A DNA stretch of 64,000 nucleotides from Candidatus Undinarchaeota archaeon (GTDB lineage Archaea; Undinarchaeota; Undinarchaeia; Undinarchaeales; UBA543), in NCBI GenBank assembly GCA_964567575.1, contig CAZMMZ010000002.1, positions 26,004 through 90,003 on the forward strand. Direction: 5' to 3'. The translations under genes and the position numbers were made by a program. The number at the start of each line of letters is the position of its first letter. The stretch's first letter is position 1. The notes under the pieces are model-generated. The model saw only the letters and a program-made list of their open reading frames with translations, made no database searches and was not told where the DNA came from. Shown in pieces: positions 25,289 through 35,267 of the stretch.

Positions 25289-27154
25289 TTATTTCAAAAC
25301 TTCTTTCCGTAATAATTCCATAACTTGTTTACCATCAGCTTTACCACGAACTTCTTTCATAACTAATCCCATTAGCGGTTGTATCGCTCGCTCACCCTTT
25401 TCCTTAATTAATTTCTGATGTTTCTTAATAATATCACTAATAACTTTTTCAAGAGCATTTGATTTAATACTTCCAGCACCCGCTTTCTTTATAATTTCTT
25501 CAAGTTTTAATTCAGGTTTCTTGAACCAAGCTTCCAGAATTTGTGGAATTGCTTCTTTACTGAATTTTCCAGAAACAAGTGCGTTGAATAATGTGCGCAA
25601 ATGTTCTTCAGAAAGTTCAATTTCATTTTCTTTTCCAATGTTTTTCAAAGTCGCTGTTAAAGTTGTTGCAATTAAAGTTGGATCTGCTTTTGTATTTACA
25701 AGTTCATTAAACAAATCAAAGAATTTTGAACGATAAATTGTTTCTGCTAATTCATGAGACATCTTGTGTTTTTTACTTAGGTTCTCAATTTGTTTCCAAG
25801 GCAATTCAGGAAGTTTTTTATTTAATTCAGAAAGATATTTTTTTGTAGCTTGTATTGGTGGCAAATCAGTTTCTGGATACATTCTTGATTTCCCAGGAAG
25901 CGGTCGTAAATAAGTTGAGGTTCCATCTAATTGCGCTTTTCTCGTTTCTTCAGGAACACCATCAAATGTCATATTAACTCGGTTCAAAGCTGCATTAATA
26001 CATTTCTCACAGCGTTCTTTTGTTTCTGCAATAAGAATGAATGCATCTTTTTCTTTGCATTTTAATGTTGATTTTAAATTTTTAACTTCCTCTTCTGTAA
26101 TTCCATAATTTGGAAGTTCATCACTGTGGAATAATCCTTTTGCCCCTAGCGATTTTGCATAATCTGATATCTCAGAACCAAGTCGACGTCCTGGCTGAAC
26201 GTCTTTTCCCAGTAATCCGGAAAATCCTGGAAGCTTGATAGCCATTATTTGCCCTTTTTTCTCATGAGCGCGTTTGATAACTTTTGATTTACTTTTTTTA
26301 AGAAGATCTGTTACATCTTTTGGTTTCTCATTTACTTTTGTTACTTTTCTTTTCTTTAATTCATCCCGAATTTCAAGAAGTTTTACTTGTCGTAAAACTT
26401 CATTTTCAACTTGCTTGCCGAGCATGTTCAGATCCTGCACACCTTTCAATTCAACACGTGCCCCTTCTTTAATTGAAATATTCAAATCCTGTCGGATTGT
26501 TCCAATACCACGTTTTACTTTTCTTGTAGCTCGTAGAATATCTCCAAGTGCGCGAGCAACTTTTTTTGCTTCTTCAGGAGTGTGAATGCAAGGATCGGTG
26601 GCGATTTCAACAAGTGGAATCCCTAAACGATCTAAGTTGTAAATTGTTTTGCCTTCTTCCTCGCCAATTTTTCGCGCAGCATCTTCTTCAATACAAACAC
26701 TTAGAATTTTGCAGTTGGTTCCTTGAATATCAAGTTCTCCATTATCTGCAAGCAAAGAGGTTCGCTGGAATCCTGAAACATTTGAACCATCAATAACAGT
26801 TTTTCGCATGATAAAGGTTTCATCAAGAATATCACAATTCAACATTAAACAAACTAAGTGAGAAATTTCAAGTGCTTCTTGATTTATTTGATTCGGTGGT
26901 TGCTCATCTGTTTCAATCATGCAATTGCAATCTGTCCAACCATGATAAACATAAGAATGTCCGCGAAGAAATGCTTGAAGCGCTGCTGGATCAATAACTC
27001 CAGTTTCTCCAGCTACAGGACGCAAGCTTCTGTTTATTTTAAAATTTGGAGTTCCATCTTTAAGCATTGATGGACAATTACAAAAAAGTTTTTTAGTATC
27101 TAATTGCTGGTGTATTTCCAGTCCTGCTTTTAGTCCCAGTTTCTTATAATCCAT
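25289..27154 (-). CDS. gatE: Glu-tRNA(Gln) amidotransferase subunit E
   Basis: GLEIHQQL, KLFCNCP, DGSNVSGFQRT, LDRLGIPLVEI, GTIRQDLNISI, RMYPETD, YqeY tail. Confidence 0.96.
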   Translation of the reverse strand: MDYKKLGLKAGLEIHQQLDTKKLFCNCPSMLKDGTPNFKINRSLRPVAGETGVIDPAALQAFLRGHSYVYHGWTDCNCMIETDEQPPNQINQEALEISHLVCLMLNCDILDETFIMRKTVIDGSNVSGFQRTSLLADNGELDIQGTNCKILSVCIEEDAARKIGEEEGKTIYNLDRLGIPLVEIATDPCIHTPEEAKKVARALGDILRATRKVKRGIGTIRQDLNISIKEGARVELKGVQDLNMLGKQVENEVLRQVKLLEIRDELKKRKVTKVNEKPKDVTDLLKKSKSKVIKRAHEKKGQIMAIKLPGFSGLLGKDVQPGRRLGSEISDYAKSLGAKGLFHSDELPNYGITEEEVKNLKSTLKCKEKDAFILIAETKERCEKCINAALNRVNMTFDGVPEETRKAQLDGTSTYLRPLPGKSRMYPETDLPPIQATKKYLSELNKKLPELPWKQIENLSKKHKMSHELAETIYRSKFFDLFNELVNTKADPTLIATTLTATLKNIGKENEIELSEEHLRTLFNALVSGKFSKEAIPQILEAWFKKPELKLEEIIKKAGAGSIKSNALEKVISDIIKKHQKLIKEKGERAIQPLMGLVMKEVRGKADGKQVMELLRKEVLK

Positions 27155-27226
27155 TAGAAGTGTGTTTAATGTGTAGGTTTTTAATGTTTTCCTGTTATAA
27201 CTTAATTTAGCAAAAGTTCAAAAATA

Positions 27227-27391
27227 TCACATTTGTGTAATGCCGTGCTGATCAAGGACTGTTTTAAAACTTTTTACAACGGTTTCAACATTTGTTCCTT
27301 TTACTCTCCAACCAATCTTCATTTCTACTGATTTCATCTTCGTATCTACCTTATTTACTTTTATTTTCTTAGTAGTTATTTTTATAGACAT
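27227..27391 (-). CDS. Small basic protein; frame stays open upstream to 27508 without a canonical start
   Basis: MSIKITTKKIKVNKVDTKMKSVEMKIGWRVKGTNVETVVKSFKTVLDQHGITQM; upstream in-frame IIIVNVKFDLYPGLGTDREII. Confidence 0.5.
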   Translation of the reverse strand: MSIKITTKKIKVNKVDTKMKSVEMKIGWRVKGTNVETVVKSFKTVLDQHGITQM

Positions 27392-27541
27392 TACTTTAAT
27401 TCCATTAAAGGCCCGATTTGTTCTTTTTATTTCTTTTATTTTATCTATAATTTCCCTGTCTGTTCCCAGTCCAGGATAAAGATCAAATTTAACGTTTACT
27501 ATAATAATTTAGATATAGTATTCTTCATATTTAAACCTTTT

Positions 27542-28822
27542 TCAGTTCAAAAACGCTTTAGGATCAATTCGCTCATTAAATTCCCCTGCAATATTTTCTA
27601 ACATCTTTTCTTTTACATCCCAATTTTTATGAGCAAGAACCCAGCTGAGTTTTACATAAGCAGTTTCAGGAAGCATATCTTTTAGGAATACGCATCCAGC
27701 GTCTTTTAATAATCTTCCTGCTGAGTAAACATAAGGATCTGTAGTTCCATAAAATGCTTGGCTTGTTATTCCAATGAAAACTCCTTTCTTTATTGCTTTT
27801 TTTATAACTGGGAGCCAATTATATTTTTCATCAGTAGGTTGTGTTGCAATATGTCCAAATCCAGTTCCAGCAAGTATTACTCCTTTGAAACCTTTCTCAA
27901 GAAGGAAGTCAAGTCTTTCTGGTTTTGAACTTGGATAAGAATACATAAGTCCTACTGCTCGTTCGAATTTATTATCAAGTTCTACTTTTCCCGTGCTTCT
28001 TGTTTTATGGTCTGTATTACCAATTATGATATTTCCATCTGGGAATATTTGTGCAAGTGGAGAATCATTAATTGGTCTGAAAGCATCTCGTCTTGATGTG
28101 TGCATTTTTCTTACTTTAGTTCCGCGGTTTGCAATACAATGATCATCATTACTTGTTCCATGCATTACAATTGCAACTTCAGCAATATCTGAAATACAAT
28201 ATTGTGCAGCACACATTAAATTCTGAGCACCATCAAATGAACCTCTATCTGTAGAACGCTGTGCACCAACAACAGCAACTGGCTTGTTTAAGTTGCGAAG
28301 CATGAATGCTAAAGCAGCAGAGGTGTAATGCAGAGTATCGGTTCCATGGGTTACAATAACTCCTTCTGCTCCTGAATTTAATTCCTTTGCAACAGATTCA
28401 GCAATCTTTCCCCATTCTGTTATTGTCATGTCCTCGCTTAGCATCTGAAAAGGACTTACCATATTCTTAATACTAACATGTTCGGCAAGTTCTGGTATTT
28501 TTGAAAGTAATTCTTCTGGAGATTCCGTTGGAAAAACTCCACCTGTTTTGTAATCAACTGTAGAAGTGATTGTTCCTCCTGTTGATACAATAGAAATTTG
28601 TGATTTTGTTTTGTCAAATTTTGTTGTTTTCTTTTTTGGACGTGCCCCAGCTTTTGTAATAATTTGAGAAGAAACAATACTGTCTTTTGGAAGTCCGATG
28701 TTATATCCATTATCCAGTTTCAGAACTAAGTGTGTATCATCTGCAAGTCCTGTACGCGGTAGCAAAATTCCTTGGTACTCACGCGTTTTCGTTTTGATTT
28801 TGACAAGGTCACCTGTGTTCAT
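27542..28822 (-). CDS. gatD: Glu-tRNA(Gln) amidotransferase subunit D
   Basis: LKLDNGYNIG, STGGTITS, HGTDTLHY, GAQRSTDR, RKMHTSRRDAF, MLPETAYVKL. Confidence 0.96.
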   Translation of the reverse strand: MNTGDLVKIKTKTREYQGILLPRTGLADDTHLVLKLDNGYNIGLPKDSIVSSQIITKAGARPKKKTTKFDKTKSQISIVSTGGTITSTVDYKTGGVFPTESPEELLSKIPELAEHVSIKNMVSPFQMLSEDMTITEWGKIAESVAKELNSGAEGVIVTHGTDTLHYTSAALAFMLRNLNKPVAVVGAQRSTDRGSFDGAQNLMCAAQYCISDIAEVAIVMHGTSNDDHCIANRGTKVRKMHTSRRDAFRPINDSPLAQIFPDGNIIIGNTDHKTRSTGKVELDNKFERAVGLMYSYPSSKPERLDFLLEKGFKGVILAGTGFGHIATQPTDEKYNWLPVIKKAIKKGVFIGITSQAFYGTTDPYVYSAGRLLKDAGCVFLKDMLPETAYVKLSWVLAHKNWDVKEKMLENIAGEFNERIDPKAFLN

Positions 28823-28856
28823 GGTCGGTATAAAGTGTAATGGCTTATAAGGTTTT

Positions 28857-28979
28857 TCAGAAAACCCCAATTAGCTTTAGAAGAAAAAAGATAAACCCAA
28901 TCACAACTAAAATACTAACAACTATAGGAGCGAATGTCATAAATAAAAAAACTTTCTCCCGCTTCTTCGGGTCTTTCAT
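28857..28979 (-). CDS. Small single-TM protein (40 aa)
   Basis: MKDPKKREKVFLFMTFAPIVVSILVVIGFIFFLLKLIGVF; basic N-terminus then TM; fills gap. Confidence 0.55.
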   Translation of the reverse strand: MKDPKKREKVFLFMTFAPIVVSILVVIGFIFFLLKLIGVF

Positions 28980-29001
28980 TATGCGTTTTAACCAGGAATT
29001 T

Positions 29002-29373
29002 CTACTCATTCAATATTGTTCTTTCAAGTGGTAGTAATACCACAAAACCAAGGAAGTCGCCTTTGGATACGTTTCCATCTATAATAGATGTGAATCGAGC
29101 GTATTCTATCTTCCGGTCCATGTCTAATGGTTTTGGTTCTGTTTCACTTACTCCAGATACATTTCCATTTTTGTTCATCCTATATAGGGATGTAAAAACC
29201 ATATGGTTTGCAGGGATGTGTATGTTTTTCACTTTTATGGATTGGCATATCCCTTTCTTAATGATATGATCTTCATCTGCTATTAGATGTTCGACCTTGC
29301 CATGGTCTTGTTTAATACCCACAGCTTGTCTTTTACTTTTAAAATCCTGCCAAAATTTATCAATTGTTGTCAT
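29002..29373 (-). CDS. DUF22-like protein at the end of the ATP synthase operon
   Basis: LIADED, IKVKNIHIP, DGNVSKGDFLG; overlaps the atpD end, the position DUF22 occupies in several euryarchaeal operons. Confidence 0.65.
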   Translation of the reverse strand: MTTIDKFWQDFKSKRQAVGIKQDHGKVEHLIADEDHIIKKGICQSIKVKNIHIPANHMVFTSLYRMNKNGNVSGVSETEPKPLDMDRKIEYARFTSIIDGNVSKGDFLGFVVLLPLERTILNE

Positions 29374-30025
29374 TTAATGATACCTCTTTTTTCTTTGCCA
29401 ATTTTCCCTTGATTTTCTTTAATCGTGAAAAGTCTTCTCGTTCCATTTCATCTAAACGCATTCTAATGAATTTGCTAGTATTTTTCATTCGCGGAATCAC
29501 AATATATTCAAGAGCATTAACACGGCGTTTTGTTTTTTCAACTTCACTTGCAAGAAGTTCAATTGTTTTTTCAATTTCTGCCATTTGCACAACTAACTTG
29601 AGTGCGTTTTCAAATTTGCCAGCTGCTTCATCCAAACTAGCTGAAGTTGTTATTGGGCTGTATCCTCGGTTTGAAAGATTTCTATCTTCTTCATCTAATT
29701 TGATTTCCGGAACCTTAATCCCAATAATGTTTCTTGTTTGGAATTCAGCATTTGCAATTTCACGAACAGCCATTGCTGCGCTTGTAACTTCCATTGGTCC
29801 CATTATTGATTTTGCTTTAACAAGATCGCCGTAAGCATTTTTGAAATATTTTTCAGCATCATCACGGAGCGTAGCACCTTTTTTAATAATATCAAGAAAT
29901 TTCATGATAAGCGCATCTCGCTTTTCTTTCAGAAGCTTGTATCCTTTCTCCGCTAGCTTCGTCTTTTTCTTGAGCTGTATCAGCTCCATTCTTGTCGGGT
30001 TTATCCCCGCAATGAGGTCTGCCAT
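29360..30025 (-). CDS. atpD: A-type ATP synthase subunit D
   Basis: NPTRMEL, GYKLLKEKRD, EVEKTKRRVNALE, EMEREDFSRLK. Confidence 0.95.
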   Translation of the reverse strand: MADLIAGINPTRMELIQLKKKTKLAEKGYKLLKEKRDALIMKFLDIIKKGATLRDDAEKYFKNAYGDLVKAKSIMGPMEVTSAAMAVREIANAEFQTRNIIGIKVPEIKLDEEDRNLSNRGYSPITTSASLDEAAGKFENALKLVVQMAEIEKTIELLASEVEKTKRRVNALEYIVIPRMKNTSKFIRMRLDEMEREDFSRLKKIKGKLAKKKEVSLNDNN

Positions 30026-30033
30026 TTATTATT

Positions 30034-31416
30034 TTACTCCGGTTTCAAATATTTCTCAATGTGTTCTGGTTTGAGACGTTTCAATTCTTCTCTTGGTAAG
30101 ATGTTAAACATGTCCCAACACAAGTCGAGTGTTTGTTCAATTGTCCTGTTCTCATCTTTACCTTGAGTAACGAATCTCTTTTCAAACTCTTGAGCGAATT
30201 TCAAGAAAGATTTATCACGTTCTGAAAGTGCTTCTTCTCCAATAACAGCAACAAGATCCTGCAAACTTCTTCCTTCTGCATATGCAGAATAAGCCTGGTT
30301 TGAAACACTAGAATGATCCTCTCTTGTTTTGCCTGGTCCAATACCCTTGTTCATCAAACGAGACAAACAAGGAAGTACATCAACAGGTGGGAATACGCCT
30401 TTCTTATGCAATTCTCTTGAAAGAACAATCTGTCCCTCTGTAATGTATCCAGTTAAATCAGGAATTGGGTGTGTTATATCATCCTGAGGCATGGAAAGAA
30501 TTGGGAGCTGAGTGATTGAACCTTTTTGTCCCTCAATTTTTCCAGCACGTTCATACAAACATGCCAAATCAGTGTACATGTATCCTGGATAACCACGTCT
30601 TCCTGGAACTTCTTCCCGAGCTGCTGAAATTTCACGAAGAGCTTCACAATAGTTTGTCATGTCAGTTAGAATAACAAGAACATGCATTCCTTTTTCAAAC
30701 GCAAGATACTCAGCTGCTGTAAGTGCCGCTCTTGGAGTAATAATACGTTCAATTGTTGGATCGTTTGCCAAGTTGACAAACATAACTACATTTTCAAGAG
30801 CTCCTGATTTCTCAAAATCCTCTTTGAAAAATGCTGCTTCTTCGAAAGTAATTCCCATAGCTGCGAAAATAACAGCGAAGTTTTCCTTTGATCCAAGAAC
30901 TTTTGCTTGTCGCGCAATCTGAGCAGCAAGCTCGTTGTGCGGCAAACCAGATCCTGAGAAAATAGGAAGTTTCTGTCCTCGAACCAATGTGTTCATTCCA
31001 TCAATTGTTGAAACACCAGTTTGAATGAAATCCTCTGGGTATTCTCGAGATGTTGGATTAATTGGCGCACCGTTAATGTCAATGAATTTCTCAGCAACAA
31101 GTTTTGGGCCATTGTCTAGTGGTTCTCCTCGAGAGTTGAACACACGACCAAGCATGTCTTCAGCTACTGGGAGCATAACTCCTTTTCCAGTGAATCGAGT
31201 GCTTGTTTTGTCAGTGTCAAGACTTCGTGTTCCTTCAAAAACCTGAACAATTGCAGTTGAACCTGCAACTTCAAGAACCTGTCCAAAACGCTTTTCCTTT
31301 TCAGGTGATTTAATTTCAACAAGTTCATTGTAAGTTACTCCTTCAACGCCTTCAACAACAATTAAAGGTCCACTAACTTCTTTTACTGTAGTATATTCTT
31401 TGTTTTTGTCTGTCAT
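30034..31416 (-). CDS. atpB: A-type ATP synthase subunit B
   Basis: [55 protein letters not shown]. Confidence 0.97.
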   Translation of the reverse strand: MTDKNKEYTTVKEVSGPLIVVEGVEGVTYNELVEIKSPEKEKRFGQVLEVAGSTAIVQVFEGTRSLDTDKTSTRFTGKGVMLPVAEDMLGRVFNSRGEPLDNGPKLVAEKFIDINGAPINPTSREYPEDFIQTGVSTIDGMNTLVRGQKLPIFSGSGLPHNELAAQIARQAKVLGSKENFAVIFAAMGITFEEAAFFKEDFEKSGALENVVMFVNLANDPTIERIITPRAALTAAEYLAFEKGMHVLVILTDMTNYCEALREISAAREEVPGRRGYPGYMYTDLACLYERAGKIEGQKGSITQLPILSMPQDDITHPIPDLTGYITEGQIVLSRELHKKGVFPPVDVLPCLSRLMNKGIGPGKTREDHSSVSNQAYSAYAEGRSLQDLVAVIGEEALSERDKSFLKFAQEFEKRFVTQGKDENRTIEQTLDLCWDMFNILPREELKRLKPEHIEKYLKPE

Positions 31417-33188
31417 TATTCTTGCACCCCCGTTACAATTTTTTCACGCGTCATCAAGTTGTTAATACCTTCTTCAAACTTGTGTTTGATGTCTCTGATT
31501 TTTGCGCTAACTTTTGATTCTTCAAGATATTTAACAGCTGCAATAGCTTCAATAACAGGGATTTTTGAAATACCTGTATTAGCAATTCCTGCTTCTACTG
31601 CTTCCTGTGCTTTATGATGTTTCCAAAGAATAAGTTCAAGTAAATCAAATTGTTTCTTTGGTGAAGTGTAGGTATCAACCTCATCATACGCATTTTGCTG
31701 CAAGAAATCCTCTCTCAAGGATCTTGCGGTTTCAAGAAGAAGTTTGTCTTTTTCTGGTAATGCATCTGGTCCAACCAGTCTGACAATTTCTTGAAGTTCA
31801 GCTTCTCTTTGCAAAATAGTCATTGCTTCTGTTTTTGCTTCGAGCCAGTTTCCAACTTCTTTATTCCACCAGCTAGCTACATTGTCATTATACAAGGAAT
31901 ATGATGTAAGCCAGTTGATACTTGGGAAGTGACGTTTGTTTGCAAGATCTGCATCAAGCGCCCAGAAAACTTTACAAATACGTAGTGTATTTTGTGTAAC
32001 TGGTTCTGAGAAATCCCCTCCAGGAGGACTGACAGCTCCAATAACAGAAACTGAGCCTTTCTTTTCTTCTGTACCAAGTGTTTGAACAACACCAGCACGT
32101 TCATAGAATTGAGCAATTCTTGGTGCGAGGTAGGCTGGATAACCTTCCTCACCAGGCATCTCTTCAAGACGTGAACTGATTTCTCTCATAGCTTCTGCCC
32201 AACGGGATGTTGAGTCAGCCATGAGCGCAACATTGTAACCCATGTCTCGGTAATACTCAGCAATTGTAATACCTGTGTAAATTGAAGCTTCACGAGCTGC
32301 TACAGGCATGTTTGAAGTGTTTGCAATAAGTACAGTTCTTTCAAGAAGTGCTTTTCCAGTTCTTGGATCTTTCAAGTGTGGGAATTCTTTTAATACATCA
32401 GTCATTTCATTTCCACGCTCACCACATCCAATGTAGATAATAATATCTGCATCAGACCACTTTGCAAGTTGTTGCTGCATGACAGTTTTTCCAGCACCGA
32501 AAGGTCCTGGGATTGAACTTGCTCCGCCTTTAGCAACTGGGAAGAAAGTGTCAACAATTCTTTGTCCAGTAATCAATGGGATTGTTGGTTTGAATTTTTC
32601 AGTATATGGTCTTGGAATACGAACTGGCCATTTCTGTGCCATCTGAACTGCTTTTCCACCAATCTCAGCAATAGTTGTATGAACTGTGTATTTTCCTTCG
32701 CTAACAATTGAAGTAATTTCTCCTTTCATTTTTGGAGGTACCATAACTTTGTGTTCAACAACTTCAGATTCTTTGACAATACCAAGAACGTCTCCACCAA
32801 CTACTTTTGCACCTTTCTTAGCTACTGGTTTAAAATCCCAAGTCTTTTTTGTATCAAGAGTTGGAACGTCAATACCACGTGTGATGAAAGTACCAGCTTT
32901 CTTTTTGATATTCTCTAAAGGTCTGGCTATCCCATCATAGGTAGTTCCCATTAAACCTGGTCCAAGTTCGACAGAGAGAGGCATGCCTGTGTTTTCTACA
33001 GGTTGCCCTGGTCCGATTCCTGCAGTCTCCTCATAAACCTGAATTGTGGCTGTGTCACCATTGAGCTGAATGACCTCTCCTAGAAGGCCTTCTTCTCCGA
33101 CTTTGACAACGTCGTACATCTTAGAACCTTTCATGTTGTCTGCAACAATGACTGGTCCCGCTATTCGTGTAATCTTTCCTTTTATCAC
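31416..33188 (-). CDS. atpA: A-type ATP synthase subunit A (GTG start)
   Basis: Walker [36 protein letters not shown]; no intein. Confidence 0.97.
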   Translation of the reverse strand: MIKGKITRIAGPVIVADNMKGSKMYDVVKVGEEGLLGEVIQLNGDTATIQVYEETAGIGPGQPVENTGMPLSVELGPGLMGTTYDGIARPLENIKKKAGTFITRGIDVPTLDTKKTWDFKPVAKKGAKVVGGDVLGIVKESEVVEHKVMVPPKMKGEITSIVSEGKYTVHTTIAEIGGKAVQMAQKWPVRIPRPYTEKFKPTIPLITGQRIVDTFFPVAKGGASSIPGPFGAGKTVMQQQLAKWSDADIIIYIGCGERGNEMTDVLKEFPHLKDPRTGKALLERTVLIANTSNMPVAAREASIYTGITIAEYYRDMGYNVALMADSTSRWAEAMREISSRLEEMPGEEGYPAYLAPRIAQFYERAGVVQTLGTEEKKGSVSVIGAVSPPGGDFSEPVTQNTLRICKVFWALDADLANKRHFPSINWLTSYSLYNDNVASWWNKEVGNWLEAKTEAMTILQREAELQEIVRLVGPDALPEKDKLLLETARSLREDFLQQNAYDEVDTYTSPKKQFDLLELILWKHHKAQEAVEAGIANTGISKIPVIEAIAAVKYLEESKVSAKIRDIKHKFEEGINNLMTREKIVTGVQE

Positions 33189-33189
33189 T

Positions 33190-33519
33190 TTACTGTTCCT
33201 CCGTTTTCTTTGAAGTAATATCAATGCCAACCGCCTTGCGTATCATTTCTTGGATTTCTTTTTTTGCATGTCCTGTAGTGCCTGTTTTATCAGGGACTTC
33301 TATCACCACTGGGTGCGGTTTGCTTCTGAGTTTTCGAATCTGTTCATCTGCATAACTTGCATGATTCTCTGAAATTATAATAATGTCATATTCTTTCTGA
33401 AGTAGTTCTTCCAAAACTTGAGGAGTATCATTGATTTTATCAACACGAGCAACTGCTGTAACTCCAGCAAGTCTGAAACCAGTTGTCATATCTTTATCGC
33501 CTATCACACAAATGTTCAT
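33190..33519 (-). CDS. atpF: A-type ATP synthase subunit F
   Basis: [31 protein letters not shown]. Confidence 0.93.
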   Translation of the reverse strand: MNICVIGDKDMTTGFRLAGVTAVARVDKINDTPQVLEELLQKEYDIIIISENHASYADEQIRKLRSKPHPVVIEVPDKTGTTGHAKKEIQEMIRKAVGIDITSKKTEEQ

Positions 33520-34670
33520 GCTGAAACACCTCCAGTTTCTGGATCTATTTTATTGGTACTGAAATTTGCAGCAATTCTGATTTTCTTTGCATCTCTTTCT
33601 TTTCCTGTAATCATATTCAAAGCAGGTCCAATTCCTAATCCATATTTTATTGATAATTGTTTGACAGTTTTCTCATAATATTCATCAATTGCTTTTTCTA
33701 TTTGATAAAGAGATCCTGTTTCTTTGAAGCTTGTTGAAACTTCTGATAAAACGTCTGAGTAAGGTGTTCCCTCAAGTTGTGATAAAATTTCGTCGACTGT
33801 TTCTGCTTTTGCAATTGCTTTAAGTTTTTCTTGTGTAAATCCATAAGAAGCATCAATAAGGAAGTTGTCTATGTTGTCAATTTTTCCTCCACTGCTTCTA
33901 AGTCTGAGCATTGTTTTCAAATTGAGAATATCTATTTTTGTTCCAAACATAATTGTTACTGCAACCATGTTCTTGTCTTTTGAAATTGCTATTTTTTTAT
34001 GAGCTTTTTCATAAACATATTTGTCAATTGCCATTTCTAAAGGAATTAAATTCTTTTGTTCCTGAACTTTTGGCATAGCTGCGGATACGATTTTTCCATA
34101 CTCTGTTGTTTCTAATTCAGAAGTTGCTTCTTCAATTGTTTTTGATTCAACTAATGTTTTCAAAACATGTTCTTTTAATGTTCCAATTTGATGTATTAAT
34201 TCAGCACGTTTTTCTATTGGAGTTCCATTTTGTATGGATCTGAATACCATTTTTATATTTTTAGCATCGTAAATCTTCAGAAGATCTTTTATTACATCCT
34301 TCATTTCTCCTGGTACAGTTCTTGTAACTTTTCCATAAATTTCAGCGGTGTGTTGATTAAGTGCTTTTTCAAGATCTTCTTCTGAATTTGGATTTTCCAT
34401 CTTTGTTAAATAAGGACCATAATCTGTGTTTTCAAGAGTGCTAATGCAATCGATTTGTGTTTTGCTATTTTTTAATTCTTCAATTTTTTGTTTTTTTAGA
34501 AGGCCAGCTTCCATTGCACGTATTTTTGCATTTGTATACATGTATGGAGCAAGGTCTACAATATTCATAATAACTGGAAGTATTAGCACTAAGAATCCTG
34601 CAACAGCTATAGCGACAATGATTGCCACAACCGGTGCGGATAAGACTAATGTCTCCAGTGAAAAGTTCAT
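33516..34670 (-). CDS. atpC: A-type ATP synthase subunit C
   Basis: YMYTNAKIRAMEAGLL, IDILNLKT; operon position. Confidence 0.88.
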   Translation of the reverse strand: MNFSLETLVLSAPVVAIIVAIAVAGFLVLILPVIMNIVDLAPYMYTNAKIRAMEAGLLKKQKIEELKNSKTQIDCISTLENTDYGPYLTKMENPNSEEDLEKALNQHTAEIYGKVTRTVPGEMKDVIKDLLKIYDAKNIKMVFRSIQNGTPIEKRAELIHQIGTLKEHVLKTLVESKTIEEATSELETTEYGKIVSAAMPKVQEQKNLIPLEMAIDKYVYEKAHKKIAISKDKNMVAVTIMFGTKIDILNLKTMLRLRSSGGKIDNIDNFLIDASYGFTQEKLKAIAKAETVDEILSQLEGTPYSDVLSEVSTSFKETGSLYQIEKAIDEYYEKTVKQLSIKYGLGIGPALNMITGKERDAKKIRIAANFSTNKIDPETGGVSA

Positions 34671-35257
34671 TATTTATTTTTGAACAGAATTGCTGCTACG
34701 TCCCCCCTTATTTTTTCAGAATCTCTTTCCATGATTCTCTCAATACTATTATCAATTTTCAAATTTCCATCTGCACTTTCAATTATAACTCCGCCTGCAA
34801 TTTCTACTGTTTTCCCAAGTTTTGATTTAAGTTCTTGTGCTAATTCTTTTCCATACGCTTCATTTTCTTGATTAAAACATAGTTTGCTGTTTTCTCCTAT
34901 TGCATCTATACCTTCTTTTGCTAGAATTTTTAGCGCGGTTTTATATCTGCCTGTTCCTTGTTTTGCCATTCTATCCAATTGTGTTTCAGCTTTTTCAATT
35001 GCTGAAGTTATTGTATTGTCTCTGCTTCTGAGGTGAATGTTGTGTGCTTCAAGATTTGTTGAAGAAAGTATTCTTTGCTGTTCTCGGTCTGCATTCTTTT
35101 TTCCAGTTTCTTTTATTACAGATTTTTCAGCATTGATTTTTTCTTTTTCAGTTTTTCTAAGCTCAGTTGTTTTCTCTTTTGCATCGCTAATAATTTTATT
35201 AGCTTCTGTTATTGCTTCTTTCATTATTTTCTGATTAATTTTTGTTATTCCTTCCAT
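34670..35257 (-). CDS. atpE: A-type ATP synthase subunit E
   Basis: Coiled-coil N-terminus, GGVIIESADG...IDNSIE. Confidence 0.9.
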   Translation of the reverse strand: MEGITKINQKIMKEAITEANKIISDAKEKTTELRKTEKEKINAEKSVIKETGKKNADREQQRILSSTNLEAHNIHLRSRDNTITSAIEKAETQLDRMAKQGTGRYKTALKILAKEGIDAIGENSKLCFNQENEAYGKELAQELKSKLGKTVEIAGGVIIESADGNLKIDNSIERIMERDSEKIRGDVAAILFKNK

Positions 35258-35267
35258 TTTATTCACC

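Noticed and set aside
30034-33188. Inteins in atpA/atpB
   Set aside because: Lengths are normal and there are no intein termini or LAGLIDADG motifs.
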